From assembly GCA_035328405.1 (NCBI GenBank), contig DAOLIT010000010.1, forward strand, positions 3,529 through 67,528: a stretch of DNA of 64,000 nucleotides. The letters are read 5' to 3'. Both the position numbers and the translations under genes were made by a program. This document shows positions 31,240 to 41,400 of this stretch, one piece after another. A model generated the notes under the pieces. It made no database searches. It was given only the letters and a program-made list of their open reading frames with translations, and was not told the DNA's origin. The stretch comes from Pseudomonadota bacterium (GTDB lineage Bacteria > Myxococcota_A > Polyangia > Palsa-1104 > JAEUJZ01). Position 1 is the first letter of the stretch. Every line of letters starts with the position of its first letter.

Positions 31240-31656
31240 CTACTTGGTCGTCGGCATCCCGGCGGCTTTCCAGCCTGAAATGCCATCGGCCATGTGGCGC
31301 ACGTTTTTGTACCCCGCCTCTTGCAGAATTTCGAGCGCGTGGTGGCTGCGACCTCCTGCCGCGCAATACAGCAGCACGGGCCGATTCGGGTCGATTTCGT
31401 TCATCCGCGCTTTGATATCACCGACGGGAATGTGTTTTGCGCCCGCGATGTAGCCGCGATTCCATTCAAACCCCGTCCTGACATCAACGAGCTGCACTTG
31501 CGGATCGTTTTTCAGGATCTCAGCCACTTGGCTGACCGACAGATTCACCGGGTCCTGGGCCACCGAAGCGTGCGCCGCCCCTCCCGAACTGACTTTTTGG
31601 CACCCCAGCAGCGACACACCCGCCAGCAGCGCGGAATACAGACGGTTCATGGACAC
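31240..31656 (-). CDS. rhodanese-domain sulfurtransferase lipoprotein
   Basis: Lipobox LLGC. 'VQLVDVRTGFEWNRGYIAGAKHIP' and active-site 'LLYCAAGGRS'. Confidence 0.8.
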   Translation of the reverse strand: MSMNRLYSALLAGVSLLGCQKVSSGGAAHASVAQDPVNLSVSQVAEILKNDPQVQLVDVRTGFEWNRGYIAGAKHIPVGDIKARMNEIDPNRPVLLYCAAGGRSHHALEILQEAGYKNVRHMADGISGWKAAGMPTTK

Positions 31657-31681
31657 TCCTTTTTCGAGAAACGATTGAGTT

Positions 31682-33244
31682 TTAGGCGAACGTCCGCAAC
31701 CGACGAATCAACCACCGCACTTCGGGAGCGGTCGGGTCCTGCATGCGGTCGCGCAATTCCAACTCATCCGATAGATGCGAGATCGCTTCGTTGTGTCGCA
31801 AACTTTGTGCTTGCGGCCTGGAAGAAAGCAGCGTGACCGCCAACAGGTGCAAGCTGTCCGCCTCTCCCCAGGCGTACCCACATTCCGGCGACATCGACAG
31901 CGCCAGCGCGTTTCGCGCATCCTCTTCCGCCTGGGCCGTATTGCTGCGCCGAAGCGCCAAATGCCCACGCAAGTTCAGCAAATCGATCCGACAGCACCCA
32001 AGCATGAGTTCCTCGGCCATCGCGAGCGCCGTCCCCAGCGTCGCCGCCGCTGCTTCGTATTTGTTCTGTTCGAGCAGAAGCCTCGTTTCCTCTCGACCTG
32101 CCGCGCACAGGATTTCTGCTGCACCCGACGAGCTCGCAAACTGCATCGCCTCGGCCCACTGTTGCGCAGCGGCTTGGTGCTCTCCATCGCGACGCAGCGC
32201 GTCCGCCAAAAGCACCCGCGTTTCCGCCAAAGACAACAAGTCGCCCGCTTGCTCTGCCCGAACCAGCGTCTGTTCCAGCCACGTCCGCGCTTGCGTCACA
32301 TCCTGCAAACGCAACGCCCGCGCCGCCCGCAGAATTTCGAGCCGAATCGGCCAAAAATCCTGTGTTTTTTCGGCCCGCCCCGCTTCGCGCCACAACGACA
32401 GCGACTGCCGCAGATGCAAAAGACACATCGCCGTGTCGCCCAGAAGCAGCGCCAAGTGCGAAAGTTCCGCCGCCGCCGCGCCCTGCACCGAGACTTTTGG
32501 CGACAGCGTTTGCGCTTTTTGAGCAAGCCGCCTTGCGTGCCGCAACCGCCCCGACAGCCGTTGAATCCGGGCCTGCGCAAGCCACAGTTCCGGTTGTTCT
32601 TCCCAAGAAAAAGGCCACTGCCGCTGCGTCGTCAAAAGCGCCGCCTCAAGCTGTCCTGTCACACGCAACGCCTCTGTCTCAAAACGCAATAGTTGTGCGT
32701 ATTTTTCCCGCGCCGCCTCGTCCTGTTGCAAAGCCCGCGCGGCCAAATCCGGGCACAGTTTCCGCAAAAGTTCCAAAAAAAGCTGCGTCCGGCCCAGACG
32801 ACAGAACAGGTGCTCAAAACCGCCCAGGTCCTCCGTCAGGATGTCGTACGCACCCAGCGGATCTCCGCCTGCGAGTCGGCTGTGAAACGCGGCAACCAGC
32901 GTCTCGACTGCCCCAGCGTCAGGCGGAGGTTTTTGCTCACCCGAACGTGTGTGTCCCGAAACCACCTTCGCCTCGTCTTGCGGCACAACGTCCGCCAAAC
33001 CCAGCCGCCGCGCTTCGGCACCCACCGACACGTCCGACAACAGCGCCCGACCGAACGCCGAAAGTTGCCGCGTCTCGATCAGATGCTCCAAAAGCAGGTC
33101 GATCCGTTCCTCGGGCGCAAGCTGTCCCGGTGCCACCTGCCAAAGATCGATCCCAAGACCTGCGCACACGACCCCAAGCTGCGCCTGCGAACAAACGTGC
33201 GACAGGTGCTCTCCAAACCATGCCATCGACCCTTCGCGAGACAT
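31682..33244 (-). CDS. TPR-like repeat regulatory protein
   Basis: Start MSREGSMAWF with RBS GGGAGG; ATG shares one base with the upstream HK stop (TGATG). Helical repeat composition throughout. Confidence 0.6.
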   Translation of the reverse strand: MSREGSMAWFGEHLSHVCSQAQLGVVCAGLGIDLWQVAPGQLAPEERIDLLLEHLIETRQLSAFGRALLSDVSVGAEARRLGLADVVPQDEAKVVSGHTRSGEQKPPPDAGAVETLVAAFHSRLAGGDPLGAYDILTEDLGGFEHLFCRLGRTQLFLELLRKLCPDLAARALQQDEAAREKYAQLLRFETEALRVTGQLEAALLTTQRQWPFSWEEQPELWLAQARIQRLSGRLRHARRLAQKAQTLSPKVSVQGAAAAELSHLALLLGDTAMCLLHLRQSLSLWREAGRAEKTQDFWPIRLEILRAARALRLQDVTQARTWLEQTLVRAEQAGDLLSLAETRVLLADALRRDGEHQAAAQQWAEAMQFASSSGAAEILCAAGREETRLLLEQNKYEAAAATLGTALAMAEELMLGCCRIDLLNLRGHLALRRSNTAQAEEDARNALALSMSPECGYAWGEADSLHLLAVTLLSSRPQAQSLRHNEAISHLSDELELRDRMQDPTAPEVRWLIRRLRTFA

Positions 33245-34632
33245 CACGCCTCCCTTGCCCTGTTCGCTGTTGTCACCGCTGTCACCGCTGTCACCTCTGT
33301 CACCGCTGTCGCCACTTTGGCCTCTTTGGCCACCTTCGGCAGAGCCACCGTCACGCGCGTGCCCGCCGTCTTTTCGCCCTCGGGCCGCCGCGCATCGTCC
33401 GGCAACGGCGACGAAAGCAGCAGCCGACCGCCGTGTTGGCTCACGATGCTGCGGCAAATCCCGAGCCCCAGTCCCGTTCCTCGATCGCCTTTTGTCGAAA
33501 AAAACGGGTCGAAAATGCGCGGCATGATGTCCGGCGGAATGCCATTGCCGTAGTCGTCGATCTGCACGTACACCATCGGGCCAGACGGGCCGGCTTGGGC
33601 AGGTTCCCAGGGGTCCGAAAAAATGCGCAGGCTCAAACTCCCGCCCGGCTGCGTCGCATCCATCGCGTTGCGCAACAGGTTCAACATCACTTGCACCAAC
33701 TTGTCCCGGTTCACATTCGCCTGCGCCTCGTCTTGCAGGTCTTTGTTCACCTGCCGCACGCGAAAATCCGGGTCAAACCGCAGGATCGACAGCGCCTCTT
33801 TGACCGACAGCACCACTGGTTCGGGCGACAGACTGAGCACGGGCTGCGGGTCTTTCGCCTCTGTCGCCGCCGGCAGCTGCAACACCCCATGCACGCGCGA
33901 AAAATCGCGGATTTCCCCCACCAAACCGCCCAGCCGCGCCCGCGCCGTCAAAATCGCCGACGTAAACAGCTTGACCTCTGGATCGTCCGGGTAGCGATCT
34001 CGCACAAGCTCCGCGTAACTTAGCACCGACAGTTGGTTGCCGATTTCATGCGCGATGCCCGACGCCACTCGTCCCACCGCAGCCATCCGTTCGCTGTCCA
34101 AAAGCCGCTCTTGCGCCGAATGGATTTGCCGCAGCGCTTGCTGAAGTGCCTGGTTGTTTTGCTGAAGCTCGCCCACCGTCCGCCGCAGCATCCCCAGCAA
34201 ATCGCCCCGTTCCAGCGCGTTCCGCACCGTCAGGAGCAAGCTGTCTTTGTCCCACGGCTTTTCGACGCATTGGAAAATCCCCGCCTCGTTGATCGCCCGC
34301 AGCATCGTTTGTTTGTCTGCCTGCCGCGACAGCAACACCCGCACCGTTTCGGGAGACACCGCCTTCACTTTCGCCAAAAACGAAATCCCGTCCTGCTCTC
34401 GCAACTGTTCCTCGCACAGCACAAGTGGCGGCAACAGGGGTTCGTTTTGCAGCGCGAGCAACGCGACGCTCGGATTCCGAAACACCTTCACCACGTAGTC
34501 CGGGTTCTCCGAAAACGCCTGACAAAGGTCGGCCACTTCGCCCGCAGGCTCGTCACTCACCAGGTAAATCAGGTGTGGATATCCGGCAGGGCTCGGACCG
34601 GCAGAGCTCGAATCGGAAACGGGGGGCGACAT
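33244..34632 (-). CDS. hybrid response-regulator receiver / histidine kinase
   Basis: N-terminal receiver-like region (HLIYLVSDEP...), H-box 'AHEIGNQLSVL', HATPase_c motifs 'NLLRNAMDAT', 'DDYGNGIP', 'GTGLGLGICRSIV'. Confidence 0.8.
   Translation of the reverse strand: MSPPVSDSSSAGPSPAGYPHLIYLVSDEPAGEVADLCQAFSENPDYVVKVFRNPSVALLALQNEPLLPPLVLCEEQLREQDGISFLAKVKAVSPETVRVLLSRQADKQTMLRAINEAGIFQCVEKPWDKDSLLLTVRNALERGDLLGMLRRTVGELQQNNQALQQALRQIHSAQERLLDSERMAAVGRVASGIAHEIGNQLSVLSYAELVRDRYPDDPEVKLFTSAILTARARLGGLVGEIRDFSRVHGVLQLPAATEAKDPQPVLSLSPEPVVLSVKEALSILRFDPDFRVRQVNKDLQDEAQANVNRDKLVQVMLNLLRNAMDATQPGGSLSLRIFSDPWEPAQAGPSGPMVYVQIDDYGNGIPPDIMPRIFDPFFSTKGDRGTGLGLGICRSIVSQHGGRLLLSSPLPDDARRPEGEKTAGTRVTVALPKVAKEAKVATAVTEVTAVTAVTTANRAREA
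33258..33310. repeat. 9-bp tandem repeat (gtcaccgct)x~5
   Basis: Direct read. Lies in the last codons of the HK gene (encodes TAVTEVTAVTAVT). Confidence 0.85.
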
Positions 34633-34776
34633 GGGCGCGGAGCATATCCATTTTGTCTTCCACATGGAACGGCCACGCGAGCCTGCCACGCGGTCTTTTG
34701 CCCCCAACCACAACGGGCTTTTCCCGCGCACTGGCCCGACGTATTGTCTCGCCCGGAGGCCAACCCACACCACGCC

Positions 34777-35157
34777 ATGACCGATCGCATTCGCATCGAG
34801 GGACTTTCTGTGTTGGCTTGTGTGGGGGTCTATCCCGAAGAACGGCAGGCCCTAAGACCGCTTCTCATCGACCTGTCTTGCGAGCTCGACCTGTCTTTGC
34901 CCGCCCGCACCGAGCGCCTCGCCGACACCCTCGACTACGACCAGCTCGCCCGCTGCGCCCAAGAGTTGTCCGCCCGCCGGCACTATCCCCTCATCGAAAC
35001 CTTGGCTCAACACCTCGCCGAGCAAATCGTCAAAGACCACGCCCCCCGCGTCTTGTCCGTCACCGTCCGCATCCAAAAACCCGCCGCCATCCCCAACGCC
35101 CAATCCGTCAGCGTAGAACTCACCCGCCGTCCTTTGGAATTTGCAGACGGGAACTAG
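34777..35157 (+). CDS. folB: dihydroneopterin aldolase
   Basis: 126 aa; 'IRIEGLSVLACVGVYPEERQALRPLLIDL' typical FolB N-terminus. Confidence 0.8.
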   Translation: MTDRIRIEGLSVLACVGVYPEERQALRPLLIDLSCELDLSLPARTERLADTLDYDQLARCAQELSARRHYPLIETLAQHLAEQIVKDHAPRVLSVTVRIQKPAAIPNAQSVSVELTRRPLEFADGN

Positions 35158-36224
35158 CTCAAGGACCAGCTATACGAGACGCGGTACGAGCCGCCGTAGG
35201 CCGCCGTGCTGAGCGTGTAGGTCGCCGAGGCATCCGAGCCCCCAAAATGCGCCGTCCGGCTTTCCAGACGAATCGACACCGTGCGCACCGGGAACACGTC
35301 ATCCCCAAACAGCCCGATCAGCCAGTCCACCAGCCAGCCCAGCACCGTTGTCACCACGTTCGAGATGATCGTTGCGATCGGCCCCGAGATACCCGTGATG
35401 GCCGTAACCGCCGCAGCGATGATCTGCGACACCTTTTTCTTGACCTCATTCCACAAGCTCGACAGGAAGCTCCCAAAGCCCCCGGAATCTTTCTCGGCCA
35501 GCGCCACCGCCACACTGAACACCGCCGGATAGCTCAGACCCGAAAGCGGGAACGTGTGCAGCACACGCGGAGGCGAGTAGTTTTTCGTGTCCCCATCGTC
35601 AAAACCGCCCCCCACCGAGTACTCCGAGATTTGCGCCGACGTGCCATTCGGAGAAATCGCCACGCCGCCAATCGCAATCTCGTCCGACCCCCACCACTCT
35701 GGATTCGTTTCGTCCACGCACCGAACCTGGTGCAGCCGGAACATCAGGTTGTTGTGTTGCGGAGGCGTTGGCACCGGTGCCGGGACCGACATGTGGACAT
35801 CAAACAGCGCATCGTGCATAGCAAGAACGCGGCGTTCGTTCGTTGCTTCCTCGCGCAGATACGCAAATGTCCCTGGAATATCAATTTGATCCAACGGTGT
35901 TTTGTCTGCGCGCAGATTCACACGATATCGCAACGCAAGTGCTTTTGTCCGTTGGATTTCGTCTGTGCGGATTGACGCACCTCGTTGGAAATCACGCGGC
36001 CCGCGTTTCGTGGTTGGTTTCAGACTTGCCAAACGCCTTTGCACCACTGCCGCCAATTCCGAACGAGCCGGACCACCCTCTACCATGCGACCGTCTGGAC
36101 CCGGTGCTGCCGTCAGGCCACCCAGGATCTCGAGCTGGCAAAGCTCCAATGCCTGTGTCGCAAATTGTTTCCAGCTTGTGTTCAGGTTGATACCGCGCGT
36201 ACCCAGAAAAATAGAATCCGGCAT
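35154..36224 (-). CDS. hypothetical protein with hydrophobic C-terminal helical region
   Basis: 357 aa from internal Met (MPDSIFLGT; RBS GGGGA). C-terminal ~80 aa hydrophobic/amphipathic. GC somewhat below neighbours. No family recognised. Confidence 0.5.
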   Translation of the reverse strand: MPDSIFLGTRGINLNTSWKQFATQALELCQLEILGGLTAAPGPDGRMVEGGPARSELAAVVQRRLASLKPTTKRGPRDFQRGASIRTDEIQRTKALALRYRVNLRADKTPLDQIDIPGTFAYLREEATNERRVLAMHDALFDVHMSVPAPVPTPPQHNNLMFRLHQVRCVDETNPEWWGSDEIAIGGVAISPNGTSAQISEYSVGGGFDDGDTKNYSPPRVLHTFPLSGLSYPAVFSVAVALAEKDSGGFGSFLSSLWNEVKKKVSQIIAAAVTAITGISGPIATIISNVVTTVLGWLVDWLIGLFGDDVFPVRTVSIRLESRTAHFGGSDASATYTLSTAAYGGSYRVSYSWSLS

Positions 36225-36563
36225 AGGATCGTCCCCTTGGTGTTTGTGAGCGTACGGAAAGCCGCTTTGCGGCAACCAGATAGTCGCACGCCCAAAAACA
36301 ACAAACAGTGACTTATATCACACAAGCCAAAAGCACTTGTTTTCGCAAATGTTTCAACAATGGCTGCGCCCCCCACAAAAAAAGACAACACTTGGCGCTG
36401 CGAAACAGCCTGCGTCCAGACAAAACCGCATCAACAGGGCCGATTGAAGAACTCGCATTGCGATTCCCATCGCCGAGAGACGCGCAGAAGCTCCGTTCAT
36501 CGAGTTTCCTGCTTTGAAACTCCACCCAACACAACAAAGGAAAAGGGTCTGGGGCCGGTCTTT

Positions 36564-36971
36564 TCAGGGGTGGTGAAACAGATAAATGACGACGCCGGTC
36601 ACGGACACATAGAGCCACATCGGGAAGACCCACCGAACCAAGCGCCGGTGCTCTGCGATGCGTTTCTTGAGCGCCAGGTACACCGCCCGGAGCACCAGCG
36701 GCGGAACCAACGCAGCAAGCGCCATATGAGAAAACAGAATCACCAAATACGGACTCCTGTAGGGTCCATGGTAGTGCTGTGTTTGGGACAGCACGACGCG
36801 CGCCAAATACACCACAAGAAATAGCGCAGAAACCAAGAGCGCCGACAACATGATGCGCCTGTGTTTTTCCGGCTGGTGGCGTTTGGCAAAACCAAACCCG
36901 ACGACAAGAAGCACACACGACAACGTGTTCAGGAGCGCACAAGCAAGCGAAAGCGAACCAGACAAAGACAT
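36564..36971 (-). CDS. DUF420-like small membrane protein
   Basis: Four predicted TM helices. More protein-like than the overlapping Arg-rich ORF 36313..37125. Confidence 0.55.
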   Translation of the reverse strand: MSLSGSLSLACALLNTLSCVLLVVGFGFAKRHQPEKHRRIMLSALLVSALFLVVYLARVVLSQTQHYHGPYRSPYLVILFSHMALAALVPPLVLRAVYLALKKRIAEHRRLVRWVFPMWLYVSVTGVVIYLFHHP

Positions 36972-37078
36972 CGAAAACCCTCTCCCCCCTAAACCACTTT
37001 CCCCTCCCAAAAGCCACACGTTTTTTGGGGAAAGGTGCGGGCAGGTGTTGTTTGGGGAGGGCTATTTTTCGGGCAGGG

Positions 37079-37855
37079 CTATTTTTCGGGCAGGAATTGG
37101 CCGTGGCGGCCCGTGCCCGAGACAAAGGCGGTTGCGCCTCCGAGGGTTTCTCCGGTCAGGATGGTCTGCATACCAAGCTCAAACTCGCGCCTCAACGCTT
37201 CGGACAGGGGTTTGGGGTCATCCATTTGCAGAAGCGCCGCGCGCCGGTCGGAGCGGAGACAATGTTGTGGAAGCCGGGTCAAAGCACGGGCGAGGTTCTC
37301 GGCGCTTTCCCGCGCGGTTCCGACGGGAACGACGCGGTTTACAAGACCCATGGACAGCGCCTCGGCAGCATCGACGGGGCGACCGGTCAAAATCAGGTCC
37401 AGCGCACGCCCAAGACCGACAATTTGGGGCAACCGAACGGTACCTCCGTCGATCAGGGGGACGCCGAAGCGGCGACAGAAAACGCCCAGAACGGCGGTTT
37501 CGTCTGCGACGCGCAAATCGCAAAAACACGCCAGTTCCAGACCACCTGCGACCGCATAGCCGGAAATTGCCGCGATTGTCGGTTTGGAAAGCCGCAGCCG
37601 AGTGGGCCCAAGCGGACCGTCTCCGTCGGGAGAGAGGCGGTTGGGTGAGCCGTTGCCGATGGCTTTCAAATCGGCCCCGGCGCAAAAATGTCCACCGTCT
37701 CCAAAAAGGACGGCGACGCGCGCGGTTTCATCTTGGTCGAAGTCGCGGAAGGCTTGCGAGAGTGCTTCGGCGGTCGCTCGATCGACTGCGTTGCGAAACT
37801 GGGGTCGGGACAGCACAACCGTCCAAACGCCGTCCTGTTTTTCGATGGTCACCAT
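37079..37855 (-). CDS. enoyl-CoA hydratase/isomerase (crotonase family)
   Basis: 'AVLFGDGGHFCAGADLK' oxyanion-hole motif, 'TIAAISGYAVAGGLELACFCDLRVA'. Start MVTIEKQDG is internal to a longer Arg-rich tracked ORF. Confidence 0.85.
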   Translation of the reverse strand: MVTIEKQDGVWTVVLSRPQFRNAVDRATAEALSQAFRDFDQDETARVAVLFGDGGHFCAGADLKAIGNGSPNRLSPDGDGPLGPTRLRLSKPTIAAISGYAVAGGLELACFCDLRVADETAVLGVFCRRFGVPLIDGGTVRLPQIVGLGRALDLILTGRPVDAAEALSMGLVNRVVPVGTARESAENLARALTRLPQHCLRSDRRAALLQMDDPKPLSEALRREFELGMQTILTGETLGGATAFVSGTGRHGQFLPEK

Positions 37856-37990
37856 GGTTTGTCTCCGTTTTTGTGGGGTTTTGTGGATTTTGTGATGTTT
37901 GGTGGAAAAGTGCGTTTGTGTGCGCAACTTTTTTGGGGGTTGGCCGAACAAACACATCTCGTCAAAAACCTTCAACAAAAGGAGCGTTTC

Positions 37991-38668
37991 ATGTGTTTCG
38001 TTCGATTTTTCGTTCTGTATCTGGCCTGGGTCGCTTCGATGTCTTCGGTCACGTCTGTTTCGTGCGCGTGGGCGGGTCCGCCGCCTCCGACGACGATGAT
38101 CGAGCAGGCCGCGCCGAGCCAGCCAAGCCCCGAAGATCAGGCGATTCTGCGAGCAGTCCTTCTGAACGCGGGTCTTGGGAAGGATTCGCTGCGGGGGCTC
38201 AAGGTTCGACGGCACCTTTCGGCGCTTCTGCCGCAGCTTCGGATGACGTTTGGCCGAGGCTGGCAACTGACGACGAGCCGGGACATGTACATCGATTCCC
38301 AGGCGCCGGAAAACGACCGTTTGAATTACGCGGTCAGCGCGAGCTGGGATTTGTCGAAACTCGTGCATCCTTCCGACGAGCTTTCGATCGCAAAAGAGGA
38401 ACACCGCCGCACGCTGCTCCGCTTGAAATGGCAGGAACAGGTGGCGCGGCTGCTGGCGGAACGCTGCCGGTTGCAAAACGAGGCGGATAGCGACCCGGCG
38501 AAGCTCTTGGCCATCGAAACGACGCTGTGGCACTGGACCCAGGGGAATGTCGCGCTGGCACCCCACAAGCCGTCGTCGTGCCCGCCTTCCATGCGCAAAA
38601 TGCCCGAGATGAAACCGCAGCCAAACGAACCAGGCGAAACGCAGTCCACCGAGCCGTCGGAAGACTAA
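37991..38668 (+). CDS. hypothetical secreted protein
   Basis: RBS AAAAGGAG. Signal peptide MCFVRFFVLYLAWVASMSSVTSVSCAWA. Coiled-coil central region. Confidence 0.5.
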   Translation: MCFVRFFVLYLAWVASMSSVTSVSCAWAGPPPPTTMIEQAAPSQPSPEDQAILRAVLLNAGLGKDSLRGLKVRRHLSALLPQLRMTFGRGWQLTTSRDMYIDSQAPENDRLNYAVSASWDLSKLVHPSDELSIAKEEHRRTLLRLKWQEQVARLLAERCRLQNEADSDPAKLLAIETTLWHWTQGNVALAPHKPSSCPPSMRKMPEMKPQPNEPGETQSTEPSED

Positions 38669-38733
38669 ACCGGAGTCGGGAAAAATGAAGCTTGGCCCAA
38701 AATGGGGAAAGGGGGAAACCAGGAAGAACAACC

Positions 38734-39024
38734 TCAGCGAGCGAGAATGCCGGGACTTTTTTGTTCCAGCTGAGACAGGATTTGATCGACTTTGCCCGCG
38801 TCGTCCACGCACGCCATCACGCCATCGACGTAGACAATCGTTTTGTTGGGCTGACCGGCGACGCTGCCGACGGCAATCCTGGGATGGAGCAAGGACGCAT
38901 CGCAGCGCGGCATGCCGGCAAGAAGCGCCGGGCTCGCATCGGGGGCACCGTTTCCACATCCGACGGTCCACGCGCAAATCCAAAGCAGCGCAAAAAGGCG
39001 TGTGTTTCGTTTCGTGTCGCGCAT
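38734..39024 (-). CDS. small hypothetical lipoprotein
   Basis: Start MRDTKRNTRLFALLWICAWTVGCG (lipobox); RBS GGGAG. Confidence 0.45.
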   Translation of the reverse strand: MRDTKRNTRLFALLWICAWTVGCGNGAPDASPALLAGMPRCDASLLHPRIAVGSVAGQPNKTIVYVDGVMACVDDAGKVDQILSQLEQKSPGILAR

Positions 39025-39194
39025 CGTTTTCTCCCGCCATCCTAACACCAACGCGGCCTGCCTTTTCGAGCACGAAATCGAGCAGACTTCTGAACCGAGC
39101 CTGTGGTTTCGCGTGCGGTTTTGTGGGGTTTCTGTGTTTTTGCCTCTTGGCCCGCCCGTGCCAGCCGCGTTAGTTTCCCGGCCAGCGAGGGAAC

Positions 39195-41288
39195 ATGTCC
39201 AACACTTTGCGTTTTGCGTTCGCGCTGGGTCTTGCGGTTTCGCCCGCCGTTTTCGCCGGTTGTGACAGCGAATACGGCGAGGATTTCCAGACGACGGCCA
39301 TCATGAACGGCGGTGACTGGCGCGACGAGGTGATTTACCAAGTCATCGTTGACCGATTTGCCGACGGGGACTTGAACAACAACCACCGCGTGATGCCAAG
39401 CGCACTCGGGCGATACCAGGGCGGGGATTGGCAAGGTCTCATCGACCATCTCGATTATTTGGAAGCGCTCGGTGTGACGGCGCTGTGGATTTCTCCGGTC
39501 GTGAAAAACATCGATTACGACGCGGGTTTCGACGGATACCACGGCTATTGGACGCAATCGTTTACCAAAGTGAATCCGCACTTCGGCTCGCCTGCGAAAC
39601 TGCGCGAGCTGGTGCAAAAAGCGCACGACCGAAAGATGAAAGTCGTGCTCGACCTTGTGACGAACCACGTCGGGCAACTTTTTTACTACGACATCAACGG
39701 AAACGGGCAGCCCGACGAAATTGTGACGGGTTCAGAGTCGCTCGATCCGGTTGATCCGATGGCGCGGCTGGCTCGAGCCGACGAGTATGACCCGGACTTT
39801 GACCGGCGCGGCATTCAAGGACGAAACGGTCTGGGACCAGCGGGCCCGGCGCTGATTCGTTTCCTGAACATGCCGGAAATCAACCGCGTCGTGCCCGACC
39901 CGATCCGTTTTGGAGAAGGCAAGGACGACGTGCTCGATTTCAGGCGGCCCGGTGTGTACAACCGGCGCGGTCGCGTCACCAATTACGACAAGTGGGAACA
40001 ACTGACGACGGGAGATTTTCCAGGCGGGCTCAAGGACCTGGACACGCGGCGCAACGATGTACGCAAAGGTCTCATCACGGCGTTTGCCAAACTTGTCCGA
40101 GAGTACGATTTCGACGGCTTTCGGATCGACACGCTCAAACACGTCGAACACGAGTTTTGGCAAGACTTTGCACCCGCCATTCGCGGTTACGTGCGCGGCG
40201 AGCAAGGTCTTTACGGTGTCGAGCCGTTGTCGCGACCCAAGAAAAATTGGTTCATGTTCGGCGAAGCCTTCGACGGCGACGACGCGCTGCTCGGTGAGTA
40301 CACGTACTACAACGAGGTCGATTCCGTCTTCTACTTCTCCCAGAAGTTTCAGGTGTATCAGGATGTGGTCAAGTGCAGCGGCAAGACGAGCGGGGCGGCG
40401 CGGCTGTGGAACGACAGGCTGCGTTTTGACACGACTTCGATGACACCGGCGGTTCATGGTCCGTACCGGAATCCGGGCCGCTTCAAAACCATGGATGGTG
40501 CCTTGCTGGCCGACCCCGTCGCGGGCAAACCGATTTACAACCAAAGCCCGCTGCCAGGCGGAGCCGTGGACAGCCAAGGCAACGGCGTCGCACCCGCGCG
40601 TTTGCTTGTGAACTTTTTGGACAACCACGACGTGGCGCGCTTCTTGTCGCCGATCGACGGCTGTTATGTCGATGCAAAAGAGGCCGTTCGGCGGCTGCAC
40701 AACGCGGTCAGTCTGCTGTTTTTGCAAGACGGCATTCCGTGCCTGTACTACGGCACCGAACAGGAATTTTCCGGCGGAAACGACCCCGCGAACCGCGAGC
40801 GCATGTTCGACAACTTGATTGAAAACGTCTATCGCGGCGCGTCCTCGATGCAGCGCGAAACGATGTCCCAAACCGGCTTTTCGCAAGACACCGAGACGTT
40901 CAAGTGGGTGGCTCGTCTTGCGTCGCTGCGCAAAGCCATTCCTGCGCTTCGCCGAGGCGACCTGAAAGTGACGTGGGCGACCGATCGAACGGGCAACGAG
41001 GCTGACGCGGGCATCTTGGCGTTCACGCGCACCGACGGCGACAAGAGCGTGCTCGTCGTCACGAATGTTCACAACGGCCAGACCAGCCAGACGGAATTTT
41101 CCGGCATTCAAATGAAGGTTCCGTTCCGTTCCGGCACGCGGCTTGTCGAGGTGCTTCGCGATCCGCTCGATGGCACAAACGAGAACACGTACCTCGTCCC
41201 CGCGACCCAAACCATCACGGTGCGCGTCTCGTCCCGAGCCACCAAAGTCCTCGTCCCCGAACCCGAAGCCCCTACCCTGCCACGCTGA
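39195..41288 (+). CDS. alpha-amylase family glycoside hydrolase (GH13) lipoprotein
   Basis: Lipobox VFAGC. GH13 regions 'DRFADGD', 'VLDLVTNHVG', 'GFRIDTLKHVEHEFW', 'FGEAFDG', 'FLDNHDVARF'. Confidence 0.88.
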   Translation: MSNTLRFAFALGLAVSPAVFAGCDSEYGEDFQTTAIMNGGDWRDEVIYQVIVDRFADGDLNNNHRVMPSALGRYQGGDWQGLIDHLDYLEALGVTALWISPVVKNIDYDAGFDGYHGYWTQSFTKVNPHFGSPAKLRELVQKAHDRKMKVVLDLVTNHVGQLFYYDINGNGQPDEIVTGSESLDPVDPMARLARADEYDPDFDRRGIQGRNGLGPAGPALIRFLNMPEINRVVPDPIRFGEGKDDVLDFRRPGVYNRRGRVTNYDKWEQLTTGDFPGGLKDLDTRRNDVRKGLITAFAKLVREYDFDGFRIDTLKHVEHEFWQDFAPAIRGYVRGEQGLYGVEPLSRPKKNWFMFGEAFDGDDALLGEYTYYNEVDSVFYFSQKFQVYQDVVKCSGKTSGAARLWNDRLRFDTTSMTPAVHGPYRNPGRFKTMDGALLADPVAGKPIYNQSPLPGGAVDSQGNGVAPARLLVNFLDNHDVARFLSPIDGCYVDAKEAVRRLHNAVSLLFLQDGIPCLYYGTEQEFSGGNDPANRERMFDNLIENVYRGASSMQRETMSQTGFSQDTETFKWVARLASLRKAIPALRRGDLKVTWATDRTGNEADAGILAFTRTDGDKSVLVVTNVHNGQTSQTEFSGIQMKVPFRSGTRLVEVLRDPLDGTNENTYLVPATQTITVRVSSRATKVLVPEPEAPTLPR

Positions 41289-41400
41289 ACCACGCTGAGG
41301 AGAAACGAAAACAGGTGCCGAATCCGCGTGTTTGGAAGTGGATGCTGGCGGGCGGTGAAAATTTGTTATGTATGGGCGGTTTGTTGCGACCGCCTCGCGA

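Noticed and set aside
32362-34023. 553-aa plus-strand ORF and other long ORFs in 31.7-33.5 kb
   Set aside because: They are antisense to the TPR and HK genes, with Arg/Pro/Ala-rich junk composition.
34425-35975. 516-aa Arg-rich plus-strand ORF
   Set aside because: It is in the wrong frame. It overlaps folB (same strand, other frame) and the minus-strand hypothetical gene, and its composition is Arg/Pro junk.
36313-37125. 270-aa minus-strand ORF
   Set aside because: It overlaps, in another frame, the more convincing 4-TM DUF420-like ORF (36564-36971).
37079-39073. Full 664-aa minus ORF
   Set aside because: Only the C-terminal 258 aa (enoyl-CoA hydratase, from MVTIEKQDG) is protein-like. The upstream 400 aa are Arg-rich and overlap a credible plus-strand secreted-protein gene.
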